A stretch of DNA of 64,000 bases from an uncultured Gammaproteobacteria bacterium (GTDB lineage: Bacteria > Patescibacteriota > Microgenomatia > JALYQM01): assembly GCA_964403585.1 (NCBI GenBank), contig CAYOFQ010000001.1:204456-268455 (forward strand), in the 5' to 3' direction. Shown in pieces: positions 19,525-29,548 of the stretch. A model generated the notes under the pieces. The model saw only the letters and a program-made list of their open reading frames with translations, did not search any database and had not been told where the DNA came from. How positions within the stretch are numbered: the first letter of the stretch is position 1; every line of letters starts with the position of its first letter. Position numbers and translations under genes: made by a program.

Positions 19525-19869
19525 GTGATTATTACATTTATTGGATTGTACGTATTATATTTTGCGATCCAAACGATATCCTTCTATGCACACTTTACCG
19601 ACGGCTGCTCCAAATCCTGGCACTATTACATTAACTACATTGCTTTTTACTGTCGCAGCGACGAAGCTCCCTTTGAAACTGCGTTCCTCAGATTTCTATG
19701 CGTTGGTGCAGCGCTAATCATACTGTACTCGTTTATCGCGGTAATGCTCCGGCTGGAAGCTAAATACAAAATTCCACTCCCGCGCTGGATGGCAATACTA
19801 TTCTTTCTGATTGTTCCGTTTATATTTCTTGCATTTGTTTACGGAGGGTATTTGTTTGTGACCAGATAA
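19525..19869 (+). CDS. hypothetical small membrane protein
   Basis: GTG start; 3 predicted TM helices; no motif. Confidence 0.3.
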   Translation: MIITFIGLYVLYFAIQTISFYAHFTDGCSKSWHYYINYIAFYCRSDEAPFETAFLRFLCVGAALIILYSFIAVMLRLEAKYKIPLPRWMAILFFLIVPFIFLAFVYGGYLFVTR

Positions 19870-19898
19870 TGTAGAATAATTTGGTATAATTGCCGCAT

Positions 19899-20360
19899 AT
19901 GAAATATAACCCACCTGAAGTAGGAGAAATCGAACTTAATACCATTATTCTTGACCTGAATGGTACTTTAGCCGTAAACGGAGCTATTGTTGAAGGAGCC
20001 GAAGACCGGATTATTCAGCTTAGGGAAAAAGGCTATCAAATCGTGCTCTTTACCGGAGACCAGCGGGGCAATGCAGCTCAGTTGGCTGAAAAAATCGGGG
20101 TTGAAGTTAAAAAAGCCGGAAAATCCGAAGAAAAAGAAAAACTTACATTAGAACTCGACGTAAACAAGACCGTTGCTATCGGAAATGCCAGGATAGATAT
20201 CGGCACATTCAAGCACACCAAGTTGCGCATCGCCACCTTACAGGCGGAAGGCATTCATACGGGAATCCTGCCGTATGTAGACATTATTGTACCTTCAATT
20301 AACGATGCCTTGGATTTATTACTCAACGAAAATACATTTAACGCCACAATGCGGAGATAA
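19899..20360 (+). CDS. HAD superfamily hydrolase (soluble P-type-ATPase-like, COG4087-like)
   Basis: Motif I-like ILDLNGTL and motif IV-like AIGNARID; extended -10 TGGTATAAT 8 nt upstream of the ATG. Confidence 0.45.
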   Translation: MKYNPPEVGEIELNTIILDLNGTLAVNGAIVEGAEDRIIQLREKGYQIVLFTGDQRGNAAQLAEKIGVEVKKAGKSEEKEKLTLELDVNKTVAIGNARIDIGTFKHTKLRIATLQAEGIHTGILPYVDIIVPSINDALDLLLNENTFNATMRR

Positions 20361-20362
20361 CT

Positions 20363-21283
20363 ATGAATAAAAAGCGAATTATCACAGCCGGCCACCTCTG
20401 GAACGATATTGACGCCTATGCCAGCGCGATAGCATATCAAGAACTCTGTGAACTACTAAATATTGAGGCCGAAGTAGTTCTTTCTGGACCAATGAACGAA
20501 AGTGTTACCAAATCGGTAAAAACTATCAAAGCAGACTATAAAACCGAGCTGGTAGGGAATCCTGAAGATTTTGAGTACGTCATGGTTGACCTCTCTGATC
20601 CTGGACATTTCTCTAAGTTCGTCATTGAAGATCGGGTAATCGAACTCTACGACCACCACTGGGGATTTCAGGATCACTGGAGACAAAAGTTAGGGGACCA
20701 AGCCAAGATCCAGGTAGTCGGCGCTTGCGCTACCTTAATCTGGGAAGAATTTAAGCAGGCTGGAGTGCAAGACAAAATTTCTAAAGAGTCCGCGCTGCTC
20801 CTGTACACAGCTATTATTTCCAATACCTTGAACCTGCACGCGGATATAACCCAGGATTCCGACCGTCTGGCGATTAAAGAATTACACCATTACGCACAAA
20901 TACCTGAAAAATGGATCGAAACCTATTATGAAGAAGCGTCCGCGTCTGTTTTTAGTGAACCGGAAAAAGCCATGAAAAACGATACTAAGATCCTTAAAGG
21001 TGGGGACGATGAGTACGGCATAACCCAAATAGAGCTATGGGAAAGCCAGCCATTTATTAATGAACACCTCGGTCTTATCAAGAAAGTACTGTCTTCCTTG
21101 AATACTCAACACACCTTTTTTACTTCTCCCAATATTGCCCACAATTTTAACTACATCATCACCGAAGACGAGTTTGTAAAAAATAAGCTGACCGAGAGAA
21201 TTCAAGCAGAATTTAACGGCGAGATTGGCAAAACCAAACGACTCTGGTTACGAAAAGAGATTATTAAAGCCCTCGCGGAATGA
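20363..21283 (+). CDS. DHH family phosphoesterase (NrnA-like)
   Basis: DHH motif ELYDHHWG and DHH/DHHA1-like organisation. Confidence 0.6.
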   Translation: MNKKRIITAGHLWNDIDAYASAIAYQELCELLNIEAEVVLSGPMNESVTKSVKTIKADYKTELVGNPEDFEYVMVDLSDPGHFSKFVIEDRVIELYDHHWGFQDHWRQKLGDQAKIQVVGACATLIWEEFKQAGVQDKISKESALLLYTAIISNTLNLHADITQDSDRLAIKELHHYAQIPEKWIETYYEEASASVFSEPEKAMKNDTKILKGGDDEYGITQIELWESQPFINEHLGLIKKVLSSLNTQHTFFTSPNIAHNFNYIITEDEFVKNKLTERIQAEFNGEIGKTKRLWLRKEIIKALAE

Positions 21284-21299
21284 TATACTTACCCCAGAT

Positions 21300-22961
21300 A
21301 TGAACAAATGGCTGATCGCAATACTCTTTCTCGCTGCCGCGTTTCGCCTTGTTCTAATCGGCGACCACATGGGCGCCTTATACGGAGATGAAATCTCTAT
21401 CGGTTATAATGCCTATTCAATACTCAAAACAGGCCAGGACGAGTTCGGCCGGTTTTTGCCGCTTCAATTTGAGTCCTGGGGTGACCAGAAAAACCCCGTC
21501 TACATTTATACCGTCGTGCCGTTTGAAATTGTCTTCGGTCTCAATGCCTGTGCGGTACGCCTCCCCTCGGCGCTCAGCGGCATCCTCGCCATTTGGCTAA
21601 CCTATTTGCTGGTTAGAAAATTATCCCGATTTTTCGAAGACTCACCGCAAAACCGGAATAAGAGTGAACAGGTAGCATTAATTGCAGCCCTGCTTCTGGC
21701 GGTATCCCCCTGGCATGTCCATATCAGCCGGGGAGGATACGAGGCAAATATGGCACTAACGCTTGGGCTGTCTGGAGCGTATTTTCTGTTAGCGTGGCTG
21801 CAGGACAGAAAGTGGAAATATTTCCTGCTCTCAATTGGAGCATTCGTGCTCTCCATGTACACCTATTACACAACTAAATTATTTGTCCCGCTGCTCATTA
21901 TGTTACTGTGGAGCTGGGGCTATTGGATGACCCGGGAAAAGAATGCGCGAAAATTTCTTCATTTTGCCGCCCGCTATATAATCTTATTCGTTATTTTGTG
22001 TCTTCCAATTCTGTATTTAGCGCTCTTCTCCAATGGTCAGGCCCGTTTCGCTACCATTAATATTTTTTCCAACCCGCAAGTTGCCAAAGACGTCGATGTG
22101 ATGCGCAGCCCTTCAATGCTTTCACCAAGTCTTACTGAGATACTTGTGAACAAGCCATACGTCTGGTTCCGGGATTTTCTGCAGTATTATTCGGATAATC
22201 TTTCACCTTCTTTCTGGTTCGTCAACGGAGATAGCTCTTTGAGATATAGTATTGGCAATCACGGGATGTTGTATTTAATTGAAGCTCCATTTTTTCTGGT
22301 TGGATTTCTGTTTATGTTTCAGCGCAACCGGAAACTATGGATTCTACTGCTGGGGTGGATGCTATTGGCTCCGTTACCGACAGCTCTGGTGGGTAAAGCA
22401 TATGGTCTACGCAGTTTGGCACTGCTGCCGATTCCCATGATTTTTTCAGCCTACGGCTTTGTGACACTAAACGAATATATTAAAACCTACTATTCATACC
22501 GTATTGTGCGCATATTCTCGGTAATCGTCGCGTTCATTTTAATCGGATCGGTAAGCAATTGGCTGGTCCGGTACGCATATATTTATTCATCGTATGGGTA
22601 CTACTGGTATGACGGCATGACCAAAGATGCCATTTCCTATGCGCTGCAGCAGAGCCCTCGGTATAACCATGTCTTCATCTCCCGGTATTACGGAAAGACC
22701 GAAATGTACTATGCCTTTTATACCAGAATGAACCCCGAAGAATACCGCCGTTGCTCGCAGCATAAAGTGACCTATGAAGGCGAAGAAATGATACAATGTG
22801 GCAAATACATCTTTGGAGATATGGATACCAAAAACCGGGTTATAGATGACCTCCACCTTCCATCAAATTCACTCGTCATCGACGCCCCGGACGGTACTAG
22901 AGGTTCGGATTCCATACTGGCCCGAGACGATCAAAGAGAGTTGTTTAAAATAATAAAATGA
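21300..22961 (+). CDS. GT-C glycosyltransferase, PMT/ArnT-like (GT39/GT83-type, PMT_2); paralog A
   Basis: Polytopic membrane protein; first-loop DE motif YGDEISIGYNAYSIL; conserved PWH (SPWHVHISRGGYEAN) and C-terminal periplasmic domain shared with paralogs; stop overlaps the next start. Confidence 0.7.
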   Translation: MNKWLIAILFLAAAFRLVLIGDHMGALYGDEISIGYNAYSILKTGQDEFGRFLPLQFESWGDQKNPVYIYTVVPFEIVFGLNACAVRLPSALSGILAIWLTYLLVRKLSRFFEDSPQNRNKSEQVALIAALLLAVSPWHVHISRGGYEANMALTLGLSGAYFLLAWLQDRKWKYFLLSIGAFVLSMYTYYTTKLFVPLLIMLLWSWGYWMTREKNARKFLHFAARYIILFVILCLPILYLALFSNGQARFATINIFSNPQVAKDVDVMRSPSMLSPSLTEILVNKPYVWFRDFLQYYSDNLSPSFWFVNGDSSLRYSIGNHGMLYLIEAPFFLVGFLFMFQRNRKLWILLLGWMLLAPLPTALVGKAYGLRSLALLPIPMIFSAYGFVTLNEYIKTYYSYRIVRIFSVIVAFILIGSVSNWLVRYAYIYSSYGYYWYDGMTKDAISYALQQSPRYNHVFISRYYGKTEMYYAFYTRMNPEEYRRCSQHKVTYEGEEMIQCGKYIFGDMDTKNRVIDDLHLPSNSLVIDAPDGTRGSDSILARDDQRELFKIIK

Positions 22962-24739
22962 AAAAAATACTATTAGTCGGCACTATTCTCATCGGATTTA
23001 TACTTCGTTTTTACCAGTTGGGATCTATTCCGCCTTCCTTATATTGGGATGAAGTCGCCCTTGGGTACAATGCTTTTTCCATTGCCGAGACAGCTAAAGA
23101 TGAAGAGGGGAGATTTCTTCCCTTAAATTATTTCCGCTCATTCGGAGATTTTAAGCCGCCGGTATATATTTATGCAGCTGTTCCCATGATTAAATTTTTT
23201 GGATTAAGCGAATGGACGACCAGATTTCCGTCCGCGTTTTTTGGTTCTCTTTCAGTCGTGTTGTGCTATCTCATCACCCGACAGCTGCTCAAGCGGCTTT
23301 CGAGTAATGAATCTACGTTTCTCAACCAATCCCGAATCGAATGGATTTCACTCGCAGTAACTGTGCTTATGGCCATTTCACCGTGGCACACCCAAATTTC
23401 GCGGGTTGCCTATGAAGCCAATGTTGCGTTATTCCTCATCCTGCTAGGCGTATATTTATTTTTTCATGCCTTGGAAAATCAGTCACGTAAAACACTCTTG
23501 TTAACTCTCGCGGGACTCTCCTTTGTCTTAACGTTCTATACCTTCAACTCTAACCGTGTTTTTACACCTTTGTTGGTAGCATTATTAGCCATACTCTATC
23601 GTAAGCAATTATTCCCGACACAAAAAGCAATTCGTCAGGTACTGGTAGCGACACTTATCGGCTTAGCCGTATTGTTGCCGCTGCTTCCACACCTCGCCTC
23701 AAGTGAGGGCCGCCTGAGATACAAAGAAGTAAACATCTTTTCGGATGCTAAACCGGTCGAGGTTTCTAATCAACGCATCTCCCGGTTAGGAGATACCTGG
23801 TGGGCAAATATTCTCAATAATCGCCGGATTATTTATGCCCAGAATTGGTTTGACGGATATTTCAGACACTTCTCCGGTAAATTCCTATTCATTTCCGGTG
23901 ATGTTAATCCACGCTTTTCGCTGCAGGATGTCGGAGAGCTCTATCTCATCGAGTTGCCGTTTCTGATCATCGGTTTGTACCTATTTGCTTCCCGCCACAA
24001 AACCGAGCATCTCTTTGTCCTCGGCTGGATGCTGCTGGCACCAATTCCTGCTGCCTTTGCCCGCGAAACACCACATGCGCTTCGCACCCTCAACATTTTG
24101 CCGACTTTTCAGATCCTCGAAGCCTACGCCTTTATCTATGTTGTCTACCGGTTATATAAATATCAGTTTAAACAGATTCGTTTGCCGGCCATCTCAGTTA
24201 TTGCGCTGACCGTGCTATTCCTGTTTTTCAATATGTATTACTATTTGCATAATTATTACGTTCACTACCCTCGCTGGACTTCCCAGGAGTGGCAATATGG
24301 ATATAAACAGGTCATCAATGAAGTCGCCAAAGTCCAGGATCAATACGACCGGATTATTATTACCGACGGACTGGGACGGCCATATATTGAAACCGCGTTC
24401 TATCTTAAGTACCCGCCCGCTCAATTTCAGAAGGAACGCCGCCAGCACACCGATGCGACCGGTTTTGGGTTTGTTGAAGTCGATGGGTTTAATAAATATG
24501 AATTCCGCGGAATAGACTGGAAAAAAGAGATACCCAAACAGCAGGAAAGGGAGCGAGTCTTGTTGGTGGGAACACCGGCTGAACTTTCCAAACAGAAATA
24601 TTTCAAAAAAATTGTTCCCCGTTTAAACGGAGAAACCGTCTTTATCTTAAGTGATATCCCCTCAGGCATCGATGCATTAATCGAACTGGGGTTTTTAGAT
24701 GAAAACGGCAACCCGATCATTAAAGACGAAGCCCGGTAA
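22958..24739 (+). CDS. GT-C glycosyltransferase, PMT/ArnT-like; paralog B
   Basis: LYWDEVALGYNAFSIA, SPWHTQISRVAYEANVALF, LYLIELPFLIIGLYLF, LGWMLLAPIPAA and a YGYK C-terminal domain. Confidence 0.7.
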   Translation: MKKILLVGTILIGFILRFYQLGSIPPSLYWDEVALGYNAFSIAETAKDEEGRFLPLNYFRSFGDFKPPVYIYAAVPMIKFFGLSEWTTRFPSAFFGSLSVVLCYLITRQLLKRLSSNESTFLNQSRIEWISLAVTVLMAISPWHTQISRVAYEANVALFLILLGVYLFFHALENQSRKTLLLTLAGLSFVLTFYTFNSNRVFTPLLVALLAILYRKQLFPTQKAIRQVLVATLIGLAVLLPLLPHLASSEGRLRYKEVNIFSDAKPVEVSNQRISRLGDTWWANILNNRRIIYAQNWFDGYFRHFSGKFLFISGDVNPRFSLQDVGELYLIELPFLIIGLYLFASRHKTEHLFVLGWMLLAPIPAAFARETPHALRTLNILPTFQILEAYAFIYVVYRLYKYQFKQIRLPAISVIALTVLFLFFNMYYYLHNYYVHYPRWTSQEWQYGYKQVINEVAKVQDQYDRIIITDGLGRPYIETAFYLKYPPAQFQKERRQHTDATGFGFVEVDGFNKYEFRGIDWKKEIPKQQERERVLLVGTPAELSKQKYFKKIVPRLNGETVFILSDIPSGIDALIELGFLDENGNPIIKDEAR

Positions 24740-24743
24740 CGTT

Positions 24744-26465
24744 ATGCGAAGTAAATTATTACTACTGACTATTTTAAGCGCCGCACTTCTTCGTTTCGTG
24801 GGGTTGGGACACAATCCACCGGCATTAAATTGGGATGAGGTTGCTATTGGGTGGAATGCCTATTCTATACTCGAAACGGGAAAAGATGAGTATGGAGCTG
24901 TTTTTCCACTAACATTCCGCTCTTTTGACGATTACAAATCACCACTGTATATTTACCTCACTTCAGTAGCAATAATGCTGTTTGGTAAGACCGAATTTGC
25001 CATTCGTTTTACTTCTGCTTTTTTCGGCACGCTAACCGTTATTATTTTTTACTTTTTCACCAAGCGCTTACTTAAGACAGCCTCCACCGACCCAATCTGG
25101 CAAAACCGCATCGCCAATGTCGCTCTCTTTGGAACCGGCATTATGGCTATTTCGCCCTGGCATGTTCACTTCTCTCGTGTTGCTTTTGAAGCAAATATCG
25201 CCCTGTTTTTTGAAATACTCGGCACACTATTATTCTTACGTTGGGTTGAACGGCGAAAATATTCGACCATCATCTTTTCCGTTCTTGCCTACGCCGCCGC
25301 GCTGTATTCATATGCCAGTGCCCGCTTAATTATTGCTCTACTACTCGTGGGTTACGGAATCTACTTTCATAAAGTTTTATTCAAAGCCAAAAAGCAGGTT
25401 AGTCTGGCCATTATCTGTGCGTTAATTGTAAGCATCCCGCTGATCATGCAAATGTACCAGGGGGTCGGATTTGCCCGCTTTAATGCCACAACTATCCTCG
25501 GCAAAAATGTCATCGAAATCTTTACCCGCAACGATACCTTAGCTAAAGAAGACTTTGACGCCGGAAATGGCTGGCTCAGTTCCAAAGTGCACAATTTTCG
25601 CATTCCAATCGCTACCAATGTGATTCAAAATTATCTCTACCATTATAATTACGGCTTCTTATTTAATTCTGCCGACCTGCCCCGCCACCAGATTCCCGGC
25701 TTTGGATTATTGTATCTATGGCAACTCCCGTTAATCGCCATCGGAGCAGTCTTTTTAATTAAAAACAGGAAACAGATCAATGCCGTTCTTCCCTTGTGGT
25801 GGCTGTTTATTGCACCCATTCCGGCTGCTTTGACATGGCAGGTACCGCACGCCATTCGTGCATTGGCTATGCTACCCATCTTCAGTGTTTTAAGTGGACT
25901 TGGGTTGTGGGCATTCTTCAAATGGATGCAAAAAATCGACCTTCGTGCGTATACCAGACCAATGGCCACTACTACCCTGGAAAAAATGCAAAATCTATTT
26001 CACTGGATTTGGCCGAAAACAACCTATCTTCTAACCATGTTTCTCATGTCTATCTCTGCCGTCCAAATGGTCGTTAGTTACCATGTTCTGCTGCCCGCCG
26101 AATTTAGTCCGTACTGGCTGTACGGCAGAAAAGAAATGGTTAGCCAGGTGGAAAACAGAAAAAATAATTTCGATCACGTTGTTGTATCTCTATCTTTGGA
26201 TTGGGCATATCTCTGGTTCTTGTGGTACGGAAATTATGATCCGCAATGGTATTTAAACCAGGGGGGAACGGTCAGCGGAAGTTTTGAGGAATCACAAAAC
26301 ACGGTTGGAAAAATCCAATTCTTTAACTTTGATTATTTTAAGCTGAAACAAACACCAAACATTCTCATGATCGGATCACCCAAGGATTTCCCCGGCGGAA
26401 TCATTCCTGATCAACAGATTCTGGATCTTTCGGGGAAACCGATCATCTATATCGTTAAATCATGA
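24744..26465 (+). CDS. GT-C glycosyltransferase, PMT/ArnT-like; paralog C
   Basis: LNWDEVAIGWNAYSIL, SPWHVHFSRVAFEANIALF, LYLWQLPLIAIGAVFL and LWWLFIAPIPAALTWQVPHAIRAL. Confidence 0.7.
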   Translation: MRSKLLLLTILSAALLRFVGLGHNPPALNWDEVAIGWNAYSILETGKDEYGAVFPLTFRSFDDYKSPLYIYLTSVAIMLFGKTEFAIRFTSAFFGTLTVIIFYFFTKRLLKTASTDPIWQNRIANVALFGTGIMAISPWHVHFSRVAFEANIALFFEILGTLLFLRWVERRKYSTIIFSVLAYAAALYSYASARLIIALLLVGYGIYFHKVLFKAKKQVSLAIICALIVSIPLIMQMYQGVGFARFNATTILGKNVIEIFTRNDTLAKEDFDAGNGWLSSKVHNFRIPIATNVIQNYLYHYNYGFLFNSADLPRHQIPGFGLLYLWQLPLIAIGAVFLIKNRKQINAVLPLWWLFIAPIPAALTWQVPHAIRALAMLPIFSVLSGLGLWAFFKWMQKIDLRAYTRPMATTTLEKMQNLFHWIWPKTTYLLTMFLMSISAVQMVVSYHVLLPAEFSPYWLYGRKEMVSQVENRKNNFDHVVVSLSLDWAYLWFLWYGNYDPQWYLNQGGTVSGSFEESQNTVGKIQFFNFDYFKLKQTPNILMIGSPKDFPGGIIPDQQILDLSGKPIIYIVKS

Positions 26466-27266
26466 CGCTAAAACCTGCTCTTTTGCCCACTGCAGACTTT
26501 CCCAGTGTTTAGCCGGAATTCGTTCATGAGGGACATGGGACCACATCGCCAGTGAAGCCGCGAACTGGTCTTTAAACGCCCGCAGACAAATACTTTTATA
26601 AAACGCATCAATCGGCACTTGCTTTAGTTCATTGGTATAGAGCGTATACTGCCGCTCCATATAGTTGGAAATATCATCCGGAAAATAATAGTTTGGATCA
26701 TACGCAGGAGACACTGACCACTTACTCAGAAAATGGTACGTTCCCAGATTCCCGTCAACAATATCCAGAACCCGGGCAATATACGCGATCGGCAGAATAA
26801 CACATTCAGGGTCACCGTCTTTGTTCTCCAATACTGCTTTAGCTTTATTGAATTGTGAATAAAGGACATAGTCTTCCGCATCAAACATCCGCTGCGCTAC
26901 CATGTTCTCGTTAACTTCAATTTCCAGATCCGCATTATGATCAATCCCTTTATCCACGGCCGGAATATCCAGCGTCTCAATTTCCGGGAGATCATGTAAC
27001 CACAACATTCGCACCAGCATCTCTTTGTCGTCTTCTTCAATGTACAAAGATTCGGCCCACCGCACCAACCGGTGCAGATGCGCTAGGTCATTATCCGTAA
27101 TAAGATCGGGTGGATACCGGTTACTTTTGCCTCGTACAATCGATGCTGTCTGTTTAACCAGATCCTCCAAATCTTCAGGAACTTCAACAGGAATACCCAG
27201 TTTATCCCGGTAAAGGTAGGTAAACACAAATGGTTCGTACACCAGTTCGTTTTCAGGCATACACAA
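26460..27266 (-). CDS. hypothetical protein, possible HD-domain hydrolase
   Basis: HRLVRWAESL...LWLHDLPEIETLD resembles an H..HD..D metal-binding arrangement. Confidence 0.35.
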   Translation of the reverse strand: MCMPENELVYEPFVFTYLYRDKLGIPVEVPEDLEDLVKQTASIVRGKSNRYPPDLITDNDLAHLHRLVRWAESLYIEEDDKEMLVRMLWLHDLPEIETLDIPAVDKGIDHNADLEIEVNENMVAQRMFDAEDYVLYSQFNKAKAVLENKDGDPECVILPIAYIARVLDIVDGNLGTYHFLSKWSVSPAYDPNYYFPDDISNYMERQYTLYTNELKQVPIDAFYKSICLRAFKDQFAASLAMWSHVPHERIPAKHWESLQWAKEQVLAS

Positions 27267-27322
27267 AGTATATCATTTTAAGCGCATTTACCCGCACCGA
27301 GTTACAGTGTAAAATTCTTCAT

Positions 27323-27835
27323 ATGTCTGAACTGGAAATCGAAGTAACGTATCTGGCCAAATATCTTCCTCCCGGGCTGGAAGAAAGTCCGCATAGTGAA
27401 ATCTACGACAAACTTCTTACCAATGATCCGGTCTCACGAATCCGTTTACGGCAGCAAGATGATACCTACAACCTCACCAAGAAAACCAAACCCGACAGTG
27501 AAGATGCCTCTACTCATATCGAACAAACTATAGAGCTCAGTCAGACCGAATTTGAACTAATGAAAACATTACCCGGACTGGAGTTACATAAGACCAGGTA
27601 TTTTTATGATTACAACGGCCTAAAAATGGAGGTCGATGTCTTTCAGGATAATTTCGAAGGACTGGTAACCGTGGAATGTGAATTTCCCACCAGGCGCGAA
27701 AAAGATACTTTTGTGATGCCGGATTTTTGTTTAGTCGATGTAACACAGGAAAAATTTATCAGTTTTGCCTACGGAACAACCTATGAAGATTTTCAGGACG
27801 TCCTCAATAAATACAGCTATGTTCGTCTCTGTTAA
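27323..27835 (+). CDS. CYTH domain protein (triphosphate tunnel metalloenzyme / CyaB-like)
   Basis: N-terminal ELEIEVTYL resembles the CYTH EXEXK motif; about 170 aa. Confidence 0.45.
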   Translation: MSELEIEVTYLAKYLPPGLEESPHSEIYDKLLTNDPVSRIRLRQQDDTYNLTKKTKPDSEDASTHIEQTIELSQTEFELMKTLPGLELHKTRYFYDYNGLKMEVDVFQDNFEGLVTVECEFPTRREKDTFVMPDFCLVDVTQEKFISFAYGTTYEDFQDVLNKYSYVRLC

Positions 27836-29505
27836 ATAGATTCGTTACACGGCGCAATCAGCGGCAACTCGGGAGTTATTTCATACACATATCCCATTTC
27901 ATGAACTCCATTGGTAGATTTGGCTACAAATACCGGCCTAACAGTTTCCAGTTTTTTGTCACTCACATATACCAGTAACTTGCCACTCTCGCGAGCCAGA
28001 CAAACCAGGTCTTTCGGTTCTACATGTCCAACCTGCACAGACCCTAAACGCTGTGCATGCCTGAAGCCAATTTCATCCGCCGGAAGATACCTGGTCTCCC
28101 GTTGAAAAGTTTCCGGGTCGGTCTTCATATAAAATGCATAGAACATCAGCGGGTCCGAGAAGAACGGTTCGATCTGCATCGCAGTAGTTGAATCATATTT
28201 CTGCAGATAACCGGCCAACTGCCGAACATGCGAGTTATACAATATTTCATATTTAGTCGTATGAATGGTAAAAAAGTTTACATAAAACATATACGATTGA
28301 ACTCCCACTCCAGCCGCCACCACTAATGCTCCCAGGTACAGCCTCTTTCTCGGCAGCAAAGTGAATACATATTCAAACCCAAACGCTACGACAATAAACA
28401 GAAAAACAAACGAGGCCGATACCCGCATTTTATTCACATCTCCCGCCAGGATTGAAGGGATAGGCGTCGTAAATAGTGCGACAAGAACAACTAAAAATGC
28501 TACAGCATTCGTTCGCCGGTTCTTTAACAGATAATATAGTCCCGCCGCAAAGAAGGGGAGGGTAATTAGATAGAATTGCCCAAAGTCGGGAATCGAGTAC
28601 GCCAGCTGTTCCTTATCTCCACGACTAAACAAATATTCCGGTGAATACAATCCAATCAGGCGTTGTGTCAGTATCTGCCCGTACACCAGCACTTTATTTG
28701 CCGAAACGGCACACAGCTTCGGATGTAAATACAAACCGCAGTAATTACGTTCTTCAGTTATTTTCATTAATGGACCGGGATCATTGGCAAAACCAACCTG
28801 CTTGAGCCGGGATGTTCCAACGTTCCCTGCCAGTAACAACGGCACAATTAAAACCGCAGCCACCACACTCATCATTCCAATCTGCTTTAAATTTACTGCT
28901 TTCCGGTAATACAAAACGGCCAGAACCACCGGGAAAAAGAGTAACGTTACAAAACGATACGCCACATACGAATACCACGACAACAAAGCACTAACTGCAG
29001 TCAGTACCCAAAATAGCGTTCGTTTTGTTCCAATAGCCTTCAGTAAAAAAAGCACAGATAAGGCAAAAAACAACAGGCCAAGTGTCGACTCACGCCCCAG
29101 CCTGGCCATAAAAAAACTAAACGGACTTATCGCCATAATCAAAGTAGCTACCAGAGACACTCGTTTGGATATTCGTAGTTCACGCAGAATAAAATAATAT
29201 ACAGGCACCAGTGCCAATGCAGCTAACGCCGCCGGCATACGCGCAACCGCGGTCGTTAATCCAAATAGTGCAATTAACGGTACCATTGTATAGACATACA
29301 GCGGCATCTTTTGATCACCGTACGACTCGAAAACCAGAGGAAGAAATTTCCCGTGCTCATCATGTCCCGTTAACAACACCGAGTAGGCACTATATGCAAA
29401 CGCCGGCTCATCCACCAGCATGCCGTTAGGGGCAGAACCAAGGTTATAAAAATACACAAAACCCACCAGGAGAATGAGTATCATGAGCACGAGTGTACTT
29501 TTCAT
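27832..29505 (-). CDS. GT-C glycosyltransferase, PMT/ArnT-like; paralog D
   Basis: GMLVDEPAFAYSAYSVL, SPFSFFMARLGRESTLGLLFFAL, FYLITLPFFAAGLYYL; start at Met 29505. Confidence 0.65.
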   Translation of the reverse strand: MKSTLVLMILILLVGFVYFYNLGSAPNGMLVDEPAFAYSAYSVLLTGHDEHGKFLPLVFESYGDQKMPLYVYTMVPLIALFGLTTAVARMPAALAALALVPVYYFILRELRISKRVSLVATLIMAISPFSFFMARLGRESTLGLLFFALSVLFLLKAIGTKRTLFWVLTAVSALLSWYSYVAYRFVTLLFFPVVLAVLYYRKAVNLKQIGMMSVVAAVLIVPLLLAGNVGTSRLKQVGFANDPGPLMKITEERNYCGLYLHPKLCAVSANKVLVYGQILTQRLIGLYSPEYLFSRGDKEQLAYSIPDFGQFYLITLPFFAAGLYYLLKNRRTNAVAFLVVLVALFTTPIPSILAGDVNKMRVSASFVFLFIVVAFGFEYVFTLLPRKRLYLGALVVAAGVGVQSYMFYVNFFTIHTTKYEILYNSHVRQLAGYLQKYDSTTAMQIEPFFSDPLMFYAFYMKTDPETFQRETRYLPADEIGFRHAQRLGSVQVGHVEPKDLVCLARESGKLLVYVSDKKLETVRPVFVAKSTNGVHEMGYVYEITPELPLIAPCNESI

Positions 29506-29548
29506 TTTGTTGTGTATATACTGAGATAGAAAACTAGGACAATTATAT

